From Phaeosaccion multiseriatum (taxonomy: Eukaryota > Protista > Ochrophyta, other classes): a stretch of 64,000 nt of DNA. Under the pieces are notes generated by a model. It was not told the origin of the DNA and made no database searches. It was given only the letters and a program-made list of their open reading frames with translations. Made by a program: the position numbers and the translations under genes. This document shows, in pieces, positions 46,776-59,217 of the stretch. Within the stretch, counting starts at the first letter, position 1; every line of letters begins with the position of its first letter. The stretch is taken from positions 434,001 to 498,000 of the forward strand of contig OZ218952.1 in assembly GCA_965112735.1 (NCBI GenBank), written 5' to 3'.

Positions 46776-49700
46776 ATGAATGGAGGCAGCAGTAGCGATG
46801 GCTTCCTTTGGAGAACCGGTAGCAGTATGACAAGTGAGAGGAGAAGGAGGAGGAGGAGGAGGAGGAGGAGGAGGGAATCTGTGCAAGCAGCCGCCTTGGT
46901 CTTCCTCCTCTCGCATCGCTATGCCCAAGCCCGATGCCCGAACTGGTGCTCCCAGCACGGCATCTGCACGGGACCAGGGGACGATGCCTTCTGTATATGC
47001 GAGATGGGCTACCAAGACGATGACTGCAAAAAACGTGAGAAGCCTGGACGCGAGAGGAGGAGGGAGGAGGGAGGAGGGGTTGGGGGAGAATCAGTGAACG
47101 GATGTACAACATCTTTTAAATTCCCCCACGCAACTGACTGCTGCTGCTTTGCTGCTCCTAGCGACGAGCGCTCTGTGCAATCTATTATGACCTCCTCCTC
47201 TTCCTCCTCCCTCGGCGTCCCGGTCTCTGCTCAGGCATGTGCCCCAAAGGCGACGATCCCTTGACGGTGGGGCAGAACGAACGGAGCATCATCCTCACCA
47301 CCGGCGCCAAGGGCGGCCTCCTCGACGGCACGCTCACCTTCACCTTCCACGGGGAGAGCGTGCAGCTCCCGGCCAACGGGAACGCTCTCCTGGGGGCGGG
47401 ATGCAGTCAGCGGATCACCTCCTTGCCCAACGTTGAGCTGGCCACCTGCAAGCAGACCGGGGCAGTGGACGAGCGCAACGGGGTGGAGCTGGAGATTACC
47501 TTCCACTCCTTCCCCACCACGCCTTGGGAGAACAACCTGTACTCCCACGACGGTAACCCGCCCCTGTCCAGCTTCTCGTGCGAGTTTCTGGAGGTGACAG
47601 GAAGTGCCATCCACCCTTCCTGCACGCTCACAGATGGCGAAACGTCCAATCTCAAGGAGTATACCGAGTGCTCCAAGCACGGTAACTGCAACCGCGCGAT
47701 GGGAACCTGTGATTGCAGCCTGGGCTTCCACGGAGCGGCGTGCGACGACACCGCTGACCGAGACGACGTGCACGTGAGCATCGCAGAGGGGCCCTTCTTC
47801 AGCGGTAGCATGGTCAAGCTACGAGCCAACAGAGGCGTGTCTGAGGAATACGACTTTATGAAAGCCATCGCAGGCACTAGTGAGCTCATGCGCCTCAGCG
47901 GGGAAGGTCACTTAAGCCTTCTGGGCAAGCTTTCGGTCAGCAGCGGGGGCCCCGGTGGTCGTGGTGGTTCTACTTCCACCACCACGATTGATGCTGCGGG
48001 AGTGGCAGTGGAGGGAGGGGCAGTTGCGGCAGAGGCTTTGGTGGTTAACACCACCGCAGAGGCGCTGCATCGGGTAGCGGGGGCGGCGGCGGCAGGACTG
48101 GACGTATCCGTTGAGCATTTGCTCGCTGGGGACACGCTGGTTAGACTGCAGAGCTCGGGGGCGAACGCAAAGGGCGGCTTGACTGTCTATGGAGACGGAA
48201 GCACGAGCATCGAAGGAGCAGGAGGCTTATTGCTCACCGAAGGGTCGCTCCGCGTCAGGGAAGGAGATGTTGAAGTGGGCGGTGGGGTGGCCATTGGGGG
48301 CAAACTTCAAATTGGTCCACAGGGGCTGTCAGTAGCCTCGTCATCATCAGTAGCATCCTTATCGTTGACCCAGGGTGGTGGCGGTATGACGACTGCGGGG
48401 GTGGGCGGCAAGAGCGAGGGCAGGGAGGACGCGACTATTCTCCCGGGCCGTCTTGAAGTGACGAGAGACGCCACACCTCAAGCCAAGGACGGGGGGGGCA
48501 GGGCGGGGGGGAGAGGAGGAGGAGGAGGAGGGGTGGTGGCGGAGGAGACGGCTGTGGCGTCTCTGGTAGTGGACAATGCTGAGCATTTTGAGGGGAGCGT
48601 GCTGCAGCTAAGCCTTAGGGGCCAAACGACGGTGGACTCCCCTGCACGCCTCGTCAGCGCCCTGTCCACAGAGGGCGCGGAGGTGTTTTCTGTAACCGCC
48701 AATGGGCAGACTGCGGTGGGGAGGGGCGGCCTGCGCGTGCAGGCCGGAGGGGTGCAAGTAGAGGCAGGGGGGCTGGAAGTGCACAGTGGGGGGCTGAGGG
48801 TGGAGGGCGGCATCGCGTTACAGAGCGGGGGCATGGTCTTTGCCAGCGAGGAGGGGCTGCGAGTGGACGAGGGAGGTGAGTGAGTGAGTGAGTGAGTGAG
48901 TGAGTGAGTGAGTGAGTGAGTGAGAGTGAGGAAAGCGTCAACTCTCTCCTGGAGTGAGAGGGAGGAAAAGGTCACTCCCTCCCTCCCTCACGCCTCACTC
49001 TCTCCCTCCCTCACTCCCTCCCTCCCTCCCTCACTCCTCATTCTCTCCCTCCCTCACTCCTCCCTTCCCTCCCTCCCTCCCTCCCTCCCTCGCTCCCCTT
49101 CCCCACACACAGGCCTCGTGACCAAGAGCACCGACTCCTCCCACCCCACTCTCTCTGCCGCTTCCTTGCACCCATCCTTCTGCGGTTCCGTCTTATCCCT
49201 CTCTGCCGAGGCACCTCCATCCCCCTCCTTCTCCTTTCTCGAGGCAGCAGGCAGTGGGGGAGAAGTGGTCTTTGAAATTGATGGCGAGGGAAGGGTCACT
49301 GCTCAAGGAGGGCTGTTCGCTGGTACGTGTGTGTGTGTGTGTGTGTGTATGTGTGCGTACGTGCGTACGTGCGTGTATATATATATACGTATGTGCATGT
49401 GTATGAGTGTATGTATGGAACAAACGTGAGTGACTCCATCTGCTCTCCCTCTCTCTCAGGACCTGGGGGGGTGCGGGTGGAGGGCTCCATCTCTGCCACA
49501 AGCGGTGCCTTGTCCTTCGGCAGGAGCGAGCTTCAGGCCGGAGAAGAAGACATGATCCTCCCCCTGCAACAGACCACCTTCGCATTCGTTAGGAGCGACG
49601 GGCGCAGAGGGTCAACCAACCGCATCGTCTTGGACGGCACAGTAAGTTTCAGGTTCAGCTTATTGGACCTTATCATCTCTCCCCCCCTCCCTCACCCACT

Positions 49701-52031
49701 CACTCCCTTCCTCCCTCACTCACTCCCTCCCTTCCTCCCCTCCTTCCTCCCTCCCACGCTCCCTCCCTCCCTCACCCACTCACCCACTCACCCACTCACC
49801 CACTCACCCACTCCCTCCCTCCCTACCCCCCTCCCTCCCTCTCTCACCCCCTTCTTCCCTCCCTCCCTCACCCTACCTTCTCCCTCCCTCCCTCACCCTA
49901 CCTTCTCCCTCCCTCCCTCCACCCCCCCAACAGCCCTCCGTGGGGCAGCTTCTCATCCTGCACAACTCCGACGACGATGCCACTTCCGGCCCCCACCTGC
50001 CCCCCATACCTCCCTCCTATAGCGTTGTAATGGTCTTTGATGGCGACGACTGGCAGAGCACCAACGTCCTTAGCGCGGATGTAACAGCTCTGGACGGAGT
50101 CACGCAGTTGCGGGCGGCCAAAGATCTGGATATTGGGAACTTTAGTCTACGGGCGGAGCACTTGCTGGCGGGTACGGCGTGGAGGGAGGGAGGGAGGGAG
50201 GGGAGGGAGTAGGATGTAAGGTTTTATCTTGCCCTGCTCACACCACTTGTCATTGCTTCTTGCTCTTGCCTCTGCTCCCTCCCTCCCTCCCTCTGTGAAG
50301 GCTCGAACCCCAGCGGACATGTCGCCGTTTACGGAGGAGGAGGCCTCCTTACCTCGCACTCGGGCCTGCTGTGGGATGGAAAGACATTGCAAGCTAGCAA
50401 CATCAAGGTTAGGCAAATCTAATCGAAGGAGAAGGAGATGAAACGGCATCGCAGGGTAGGAGAGGGAGGGAGGGGAGAGGGATGGCAGCACACTGTTGCT
50501 GTGAGAGGGAAAGTGAGGCAGGCAGACCCCCGTCGAGAGGGTGGGGGGGGGGGGGGGGGGGCTGGCCACGGTTGCTCCATGATGGGATGGTACGGCGGTG
50601 CAACCTTCCCTACCTTCCCCTCCTGCCCTGCTTACACACAAGCACGCACGTACCTATCCGCCCGTACCAAAGGCTAGCGAGGCAAACGTGGAGCAGCTGG
50701 AGACGCGGAAGCTCTCCGTGACAGGTGAGGCCGGGCTAGGTACCAGGTGTCAGTCAGTCAGTCAGTCAGTTAGTTAGGAAGGAAGGAACGAAGAAAGGAC
50801 GGAAGGAAGGAAGGAAGGAAGGAAGGAAGGAAGGAAGGAAGGAAGGAAGGAAGGAAGGAAGGAAGGAAGGAAGAAAGGAAGGAAGATAGAACGGAAGACA
50901 GAACGGAAGGAAGGGAGGTAGAAAGGAAGGACGGCTTAATCTTGTCGTGGGAGCGCAAAGGCGTGACGGTGTTGTGGGACGCTTCACCGTGGCACGTTAA
51001 AGCTCACCCTCGACCTCTTCGCGACCTCCATGGGAGCTCTCTGACTGACCGACTGGCTGACTGAGCGTGTTGATTGCTCTCCCTCCCCCCCCCCCTCTCT
51101 CTCCCCCCCTCGCACTCCTTCTCTCCCTCCTTTCTTCCCTCCTTCCCTCTCTCCCTCCCTCCCTTCCTCCCTCCCTCTCTCCCTCTCTCCCTCCCTCCCT
51201 CCCTCCCTCCCTCTCTCTCTCACTCCCTGCCTGCCCCCGACGCAACCCCAACAGGCCAGCTGGAGGTGAAGGGCGGGGCAGGCATCTCCAGCACAACAGG
51301 ACCTGTGCAAGGGCACGGCCCCTACCTCGACAGCACCTGCAGCAGCAAGCAGGCGCTCATAGGCGTGGAGGCCCTCGACTCACAGACGGCACTGGAGACA
51401 GTGTCTAGGCTGCAGGGGGTGGTGTTCCAGCCAACAGGAGGGAGCAGCAGCAGTCATATGGGCAGTAGGAAGAGAGTGGGGCTAGAACCAGCGGAGGTGG
51501 AGCTAGTGATGAAGGTGTGTGTGTATGTGTGTGTGCGTGTGTGAGTGGGTGTGTATGTGTGGGCGTGTGTGCGTGTGTGTGCGTGTGTGCGTGTGTGTGT
51601 ATGTGTGGGTGGGTGTGGGCGTGTGTGTGTGCGTGTGTAAGTGTATGTGTGTATAGGTGTGTGCGTGTGTGTGTGTGTGTGTGCGTGTGTGTGTGTGTGC
51701 GTGTGTGAGTGTATGTGTGTGTGTAGTATGATACACATGAATGTGTGCGCAGTCTCAGGGGGGGTGTGGGGCGGAGTGAGTGGGGTGAGTGAAGCGGGGC
51801 TACTGAGGAGTGAAACAAATACATACTGAACCTGGACAAGAGGCGGAGATGAGTCCATAGCGCACGCACATGGTGATGAAACAACCCTCCCCTCGCATCT
51901 TGCTCACTCTCTCTCTCTCTCCCCTTCCCTCTTCTGCTCTCTCCTTCCCTCTCCTCTCTCTCCATCTATCTGGCCTATCTCTCTCTCCCTCTCCCTCCCT
52001 CCCTCCCTCCCTCCATCCCTCCATCCCTCCC

Positions 52032-52080
<49 letters not shown>

Positions 52081-52336
52081 CCTGCTCTGCCTGTGCCCTC
52101 TACAGGAGCTAACAGTAGAGGCCAGATCGGGAGGCACGCATACTGTCGACTCCGCCCTTGTAGCGCTACTCATCGAGTCCAGCAAGGCGTTACAGAAAGC
52201 CTCTGAGGGGCTGCAGCAGCAAGTAAACGCCCTCGAAGCCAAGCTCGAAGGCGTGGAGAGGGAGCTGAGAGAGGTTAGGACACAGCAGGCCAAGAAGGCA
52301 GCTGATGGCACCGATGGCAGTGGCGAGGAGTTATGA
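46776..52336 (+). CDS. Secreted EGF-like / Gly-rich beta-repeat fibre protein with C-terminal peptidase-S74-like (intramolecular chaperone) domain and coiled coil
   Basis: About 9 exons (46776-47034, 47235-48876, 49112-49323, 49461-49640, 49934-50171, 50301-50408, ~50673-50745, 51255-51514, 52106-52336). EGF motifs [15 protein letters not shown]...DC, CPKGDDP and [27 protein letters not shown]-terminal [27 protein letters not shown]|[20 protein letters not shown] followed by heptads. Confidence 0.75.
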
Positions 52337-52826
52337 GGACCTCTTTTGTCTCTGGCCCCCAAAAGGCACAAGGCTCCATTTCTATCCTCCTTGCTAAGGC
52401 ACTCCTTCAGACAAAGCCTCTCGCAAACCCCTTGGAAGGAAGGAAGGAAGGAAGGAAGGAAGGAAGGAAGGTCTCGTTCGGCGTGAGCCGCCGCTGCCGG
52501 CTCGTAGAGCGCGTCTCTATACCTATATACATACATCATCGATATGTACATTTTTAAATTTACACCGTTCACATTTTGATTGCTTATCCTTTCTGCCCCT
52601 CCTCCTTAAATTAAGGTACGTAGGTACTTACAATATATTCTTCCTCGCCATTCCTCCCCATCCTCCTCCTCCTCCTCCTCCTTCCCCAAATGAAGCCGAG
52701 AACACATCTCTCACACCCTCACTTCCTTTCTTCCTCAGTTCCTCTCTCTTTTAGTCCCTCCGTTGCTCATATATATATATATATGGTCCTCAGTTGCTCA
52801 CTCTCTTTAGTCCCTCACACCTCACT

Positions 52827-55800
52827 TCAGCTGTTGTTCCACACCGAAGCTCCCTCCCTCAGTCGCTTTCGAAACACAACCCATTGCGTGTTGGGGCGGA
52901 CAGGGCGTGAGTAAAGAAGATCCAAGCTGCCGTACTCACTCCCAACCCCTCCCTTGTCGTCACCGCTGCTCCACACACTGCTGCTGCTGCTGCTGCTGCT
53001 GCAGTTGCTTGTCGCCAAAAGCACTTGCTCAACGTCCTCCCATCCTCGGCAAACGCCTCTGACAGCCGCTACCGTGGCCTCATTGGGAGAGAGACCGCTG
53101 TCCTTCATCTTCTTGAGTAGCTCCAGCGCCAGTGTCATCTGATGCGACAGACCACAGGCGGCGATGGCGTGGCTGTAGCTCGTCGTATCGGGCATCACCA
53201 CACCCCCTTGGGCACTGTCGCTGCTGAGGGAGGAGGCACTTGGTCCTGCAGCAGCCTCCCAAAGGGAGCCAAAGCGGGCAAGAACCCTTTTGACCCCCTC
53301 CTCCTTCTCCTCCTCCTGCGCTGCCCACCCGCTCTCTTCCCCTTCATTCACATGGGGACGTTGATGCTGCTGCTGCTGCTGCTGCTGCTGATCCTCCCCG
53401 TTCATCATCGCCAAGATTCGCTTGGCCAGCGCATAGTCCCCCTGTACCCCACATACCGAGAGAGCAAGGTTGTAGCACAGCAGGTTCGGCTTGACGCCCC
53501 CCCCTCCTCCTTCTCCTCCTCCTCCCACGCGCATGTCATGCAACAGCACGTTCAACACCGTCGAGAAGTCTCCCTCTCTGTAAGCCGCCGCCATGACAGT
53601 TTGGTACGTTCGGAGGTTGGGCGTGATGCCGCCCTGCTTCTCCATTCGATGCCAAAGGCGCAGAGCGGAGCATTGTCCTTCCGCTCCATCGCTGCTGCTG
53701 CTGCTGCTGCTGCTGCTACTGCAGGTTTCCAGCGCCTCGTTGATGAGTGAAATATCTGGAGTAAGCCCTTTCTCCTGTAACGAAACAACATGGCACCATG
53801 TGCAAGAGACTTGAGCGAGTGACAAGGGGCTGTCCACAGCAGAAAACAAACAAACACAGTATCAGTCTCCATCACCATATGCTTCTCACATGCATTGTAG
53901 CGAGCAGGTCCGTGACATCATCCCACTTTTTGGCCTTGACGCAAGACGCCAGGCCCCCGCGGAAGCTACCCATTGAGAGTTGGGGGGGGGGGGGGGTGGC
54001 CCAAGGAGATGAAGGAGGGGATGGGGGGGAGTGAGGCGTTGCGTGCGGAGGGAGGGGGCAACCAGTTTGATAGGTTGAGAAAGTGGGGGGGGGGGGGGGG
54101 GTCTCTAGGTTGAGAAAAGTGTGGCAAAGGAACATAGAAAACAATAAACATGGTCTCCCAGCGTGTAGACCGACTGGAGCTCAAATCCGTTGTACCACCA
54201 ACTAACCTAACTAACAAATGACATACTCACAAAGCAAAGCCCCCCTTCCTCACCTGCGAGTGCTCAACTCGAGGCCCAAGTCCTCCATGCGGCGCAACAA
54301 GACCAGTGCCTCCTCACAGCGACTCGCTTCTTGCCCGCAGAGCGCCAGGCAGTCGTTGTACATCCCGCTGCGCGTCATCAGAACGCCCAAAGCATCAGTA
54401 TCATTGCCGCTCTGCATCTGCTGTACCACCAACTGCTGCTGTTGCTCATCCACCAAGGCCTCCACTTCCTCGAGTATCTCGAGGGCCTGAGGAAAGTCCC
54501 CTGTACGTCGGCAAGCGCACATTGCTGCCTCGTACGCCACCATGTCGAGGCGGAACCCCTTTTCCCTCCTTGCTGTGCTGAACAAGGCCAGCACTTGCTC
54601 GTCGAGCTGCCTCTCCTGCTGCCTACCCTTCGCCAACGTCGTCACTGCTGCTGCTGCTGCTGCTGCTGAAGAAGAGGAAGAACCTTTTTCTTCTCCTCCT
54701 CCTGAAGGGGGCCTGGCTCCTCCCTCCTGCAACCGCTGCACTCTGCGGCAACACTGCAGAGCCGCGTTGAAGCCCTGTGCCGTCAGGGTCGAGGTCAGTC
54801 CCCTCTCCTGCACCTCCTCCACGAGTAAGAGAACGGTCAGAGTCAGGTCCATCACCCTGCTGCAATTCTCGTCCTGCTGTATCACCAACTGCTCCGGCTG
54901 CTGCTGCTGCCCCTTCACCCTCAGCTGCGGCCCGAGCGCCTCTATGGCAGCATTGAGGGCCGCGGAGGACGGCTCGAAGCCCTTCTGCCTCATTATCCTC
55001 ATCATTTCCAGACACTCTCCGGCGATGGTCGCCTCCTGACTACTTCCCGCTCTGCTCCTCCAGCTAAAGGACGAAGCGCTGAGGCTGCTGCTGCGACTCA
55101 GCGCTTCTTCGGTCTCGCACTTTACCGCACTGCACAGAATGCAAACAACCGCGTTGAAAGTTGCTTCGTCAAAAGAGCTGAGCCACTCATGCCTCTCGCT
55201 CTCGCTCTCCCTCTGTCCCTCCTGCCCACCCAACAGCGTCTCCTTCCTCCTTCCACGTGTCTGCAGCTCTCTGAGCAACCTCAGTCCTTCTTCTCGGTAT
55301 CCCCTGCGCGGGGCCCTTCCCACTTCCTCCTGCTTCTCGTCCTTCTGCTCAGAATCGGACACCGACTCCATCCCTGCTGTGGCTCCTGCTCCTGCTCCTG
55401 TTGCTCCCGTTGCCTCTGCTTCTGCTACTTGCTTTGCTGTAATGGCCGCACATGCCCGAAGGCCCGCACGAAGGCTCTCTTCATCGCGATGCATCTACAT
55501 TGGAAAAAGAAGTAGAGGAGGAGGATTACACACAAGGAGGCACCGAGAGTTGCTAAAAGAAAACTACAACATTCCTTCCTCCCTCCCTTTCCCCCCGCCC
55601 CTCTCCTCCCCCCCTCCCCTTCCCTCTTTCCTCCTTTCTTCCCCTTCCTTCCCTTCTTTCTTCCTCCCTTCCTTCTCTCCTTCCTCTCTTGCGTACCTGT
55701 CTCCCAACCATCTCCTCCAAGAGACGAAGTGCCTCCTCATGCGCTTCCAGCAGCCCACAGCAGCGCACAGCCACATTCCACGACAGCGCCGCTGCTGCAG

Positions 55801-56770
55801 CGGGCTGAGCCCCCCTCTCCTCCCTCTCCCCCCGCTGGCCATACACCTCCTTCTCCTCCTCCTCTCGCTGCTGTTCCTGGAACAGCTCCAATGCTTGCCT
55901 CGGTTCCCCCGCCGCAGATAAGCTCTCCATGGCCACATTCAAAGCCGCGGTTGCTTCAGAGTCTGAGATGCACACACGACTGCTGCTGCTGCTCCTCCTC
56001 TTCTTCTCCTGGACTTCCTTGTACAAACGTAGGACAGTGTTTACATTGTCTCCTCCTCCCCTGCGGCGGCAAGCGTCCATGGCAAAGACATAGCTGCTTC
56101 CCGTCGCGAGTGACTTAGCACCGCCATCATCATCAACATTACCCTCACCCTCGCCGCTTCCCTCCGCCACAGCCGCTGCAAGAAGCGCACGAATGGTGCC
56201 CACCATCGTCGTCGGAGGGACTTCCTCATCCGCCGTCGCCAACCCTCCTTCTTCTTCTCCTTCTCCTCCTCCTGTTACTCCGAGCAACTCGTCCTTGCGC
56301 TGAAGCAGGCTGTCTCCCCTCTTTAGACAGCACAGCACCCAATACGCCACCTCCGCCTCCCCGCCCGCCGCACACACCTGCAGGAGAGCGTTGTAGGTTC
56401 TGACGGTGAGAAAAGGAGTGGCGCCTCCGCCTCCGGAGGAGCTTCCGGGGGAGGAGGGCATTGCAACACCCTCCCTTGCTGAGGAGGGAATTGCACCACC
56501 ACCACCACTGTCCTCATTCGACTCAGCCCGAGCAGCCTCAATTTCAGTTTCAGTCTCAGCCTCCGTAAGAGGAGCAAGAGGAGCGGTGCCCGTGCCGAAT
56601 CGTTCAAAGTCATGCACAAGGAGAAGGGCCTTCTCGAGCGCGTCTGTCTTGCCCAAGGCACGAATCACAGTCACCAAAAGGTGCTCTGTCACCGCCACCA
56701 CCCCTTCTTGGGGAAACAATATCATCATCTCCTCCTCCCCATCCTCCGTTTCGGCATTCTGTATCACCAA

Positions 56771-56807
<37 letters not shown>

Positions 56808-58777
56808 TGATGTCGCTGCTGTCGCTGCACGGCCATCATCTCGAAAAGGACATCCACTGCGGCATCTGCCTTGCCTGCCTGCTCACAGCCCACTAGTAAA
56901 GTCGCAAACGTATCCTGCAGAAGACGAGCACCACCTTCGCCACTACTGTATCCGTCGCCGTCGCCAACGCTAGTAGGATGATGATCATCCCCCGAGCCAT
57001 CTGCGCCCGCCCCCACCGCCTCCCCCCAGCAATCCTCCTCTTCCTGCCACCTCGTCTTGTCCTCCTTAAGACTATCCCACAGTCCCAGCGCTGCCTCCAC
57101 CTCTCCTGCCAAGGCATAGGCTTGGATAGCAGCGTGATACGACCTCAGCTGCTGCGTCCTTAGCAGCAGTGCCAGTTGCCTCCTCCTCCTGCTCCCTCCC
57201 CCCTCCCCCCTACCCTTACCATACCCCTTCTGTAGTTCCTCCTGCTGCTGCGCATGCCCTGCCTGTAGCCTCACAAAGTAGCCCTCTGCCTCTCCCTCGC
57301 CGCCCTCGCCGAGGAGCGAGCACTCCCCAAGTCGTGCACATGCCTCTAGGGCCACCAGAAGGCTCTCCTCACCCGGCTCAAGTCCTAGGGCCTTCATTTG
57401 ACGCACCAATCGCAAAGCCTCCACACTGTCACCGCCTCGCCCGCACGCCTCGACCACAGGGTCGAAACAGAGCCGTGCCACAAGATCCGGATGCGGAAAG
57501 TCGTCTCCTTGCTGCTGCGCATCATCCTGCTGGTCCTTATGCTGCCATCTCCCTGTAGCGAGCCTGTGGGTCGGGGTTGGGTACGTACCTGCACTTTCAT
57601 CCCCATCGTTCCCCCCCTCGTTGTAACCGGTGTAACCGTCGTCTCGCTGAAGAAGGGCCATGAGGATCTCTTCCAGGTCCTGGGCAAGCCTGCCCAACAG
57701 CAGCACCGCCTTCTTGCGCTCACCAAGCCGCAAAAGACTCGCTATACCCGCCCCATAGACCCGCACATCTGGTGAGATGGTCGTCTGGAAGCCCTGCTTC
57801 CTCAGCTCGTCCTCCTCCTTCTGCTCCTCGTGAAAGTGCTCCGACAATAACTCGAGCACCGCAACATCGTCACCCACGGAAGCAGCCTCAAGAATCATGG
57901 TTCCGTAGCTACCCCTTGTGGCACGGAGCCCCTTCTTTTTGAGCTCTGACAAGAGCTCGAGCGCCCAAGAGAGATGTCCAAGCGCACAGCTTGACTTGAT
58001 GGCAATGTTGATGCTGGTCTCACAAAGCATCAGACCATCACCATCACCACCACCACCACCGCCGCCGCCGCCGCCGCCACCGACCCCTCCTTCGACACCG
58101 TCACCGCCGCCGCCGCCGCCGCCGCTGCTGCTGCTGGCGCCTCCAAGGCCAAAGAGAATGGCTGCGATGTCGTTGTTCTGCTGTCGCCGCGGCTGCTGCT
58201 CTCGGCGCCGCTCACTCACCTCAACTAAAAAGTTGAGAATTGAGAGGACAACGTCGTGTTGCCCCGCGGAAGAACAGAGCTCCATCACACGGCAAACACT
58301 GTCCTGCGACAAGTGACCGAGCCTGCCTGTCTCCCATATTTCGAGCCCGAGCTGCGCTCCGGAGAGCACCATAGGATTAAGGGTGGTGAGAAGGCAACCA
58401 TATACCCAACAGCAGCAACACATGGAGAGGAGCTGAGAAGGCAAAAGATGGCGTATTGCATTAGGAGACAACAACAAAACGCCCTTACGTAATGACCCAC
58501 CCAGCCCCAGCATCATATCGACAGAGACTGAGCATGACCTTGCAGCCATCCATCGGCAATGTGGCGCTACCCCTCCCTCCCCCCCTCCCCACTCCACTCC
58601 CCCGATTTAGCATCAGACCCCCCACATCCACCCACCTGACCCCCCAAATCCACCCACCTGGAGTGCAACTTGCTGAGAGTCTTCCACCGCAAAGCAAGCG
58701 TCCATCACAGCGGCCATTGCTCTCGCTATTCTCGCCGGCATGGTATTGCTGTTGCCGCCCTGTATCACCAACGGCTG

Positions 58778-58825
<48 letters not shown>

Positions 58826-59161
58826 TATCACCAACTGCTGCTCATTGAGCCTCTCCAGCAGCAGGAGTGCGGTGGTCCGACCGTCTGGGTCCTGTGGGCA
58901 TTTGTAGACAGCTTCGAGTAGCATGGACATGAAGTCCTCACTCCATGGTTCCACTCCTCCTTCTCTCCGGCCGCGTCGGTGCCACCTCCGCGCATCCTCC
59001 TCCATCTCTCTCAACACCCTCCTCATGTCCTCATGCTTTCCGGCTATGGCAAGCGCTAGAATGGTGTAACCGTAGCTCTTCTCGTTGGGCATCAGAGGGC
59101 ATTCGAAGGGATTCCCACTGAAGAAGGATACAACAGCAGCAACAACAACAATAATAATAAG

Positions 59162-59217
<56 letters not shown>

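Noticed and set aside
52322-52336. C-terminal GEEL as an ER-retention signal
   Set aside because: Only a weak match to KDEL/HDEL; insufficient evidence.
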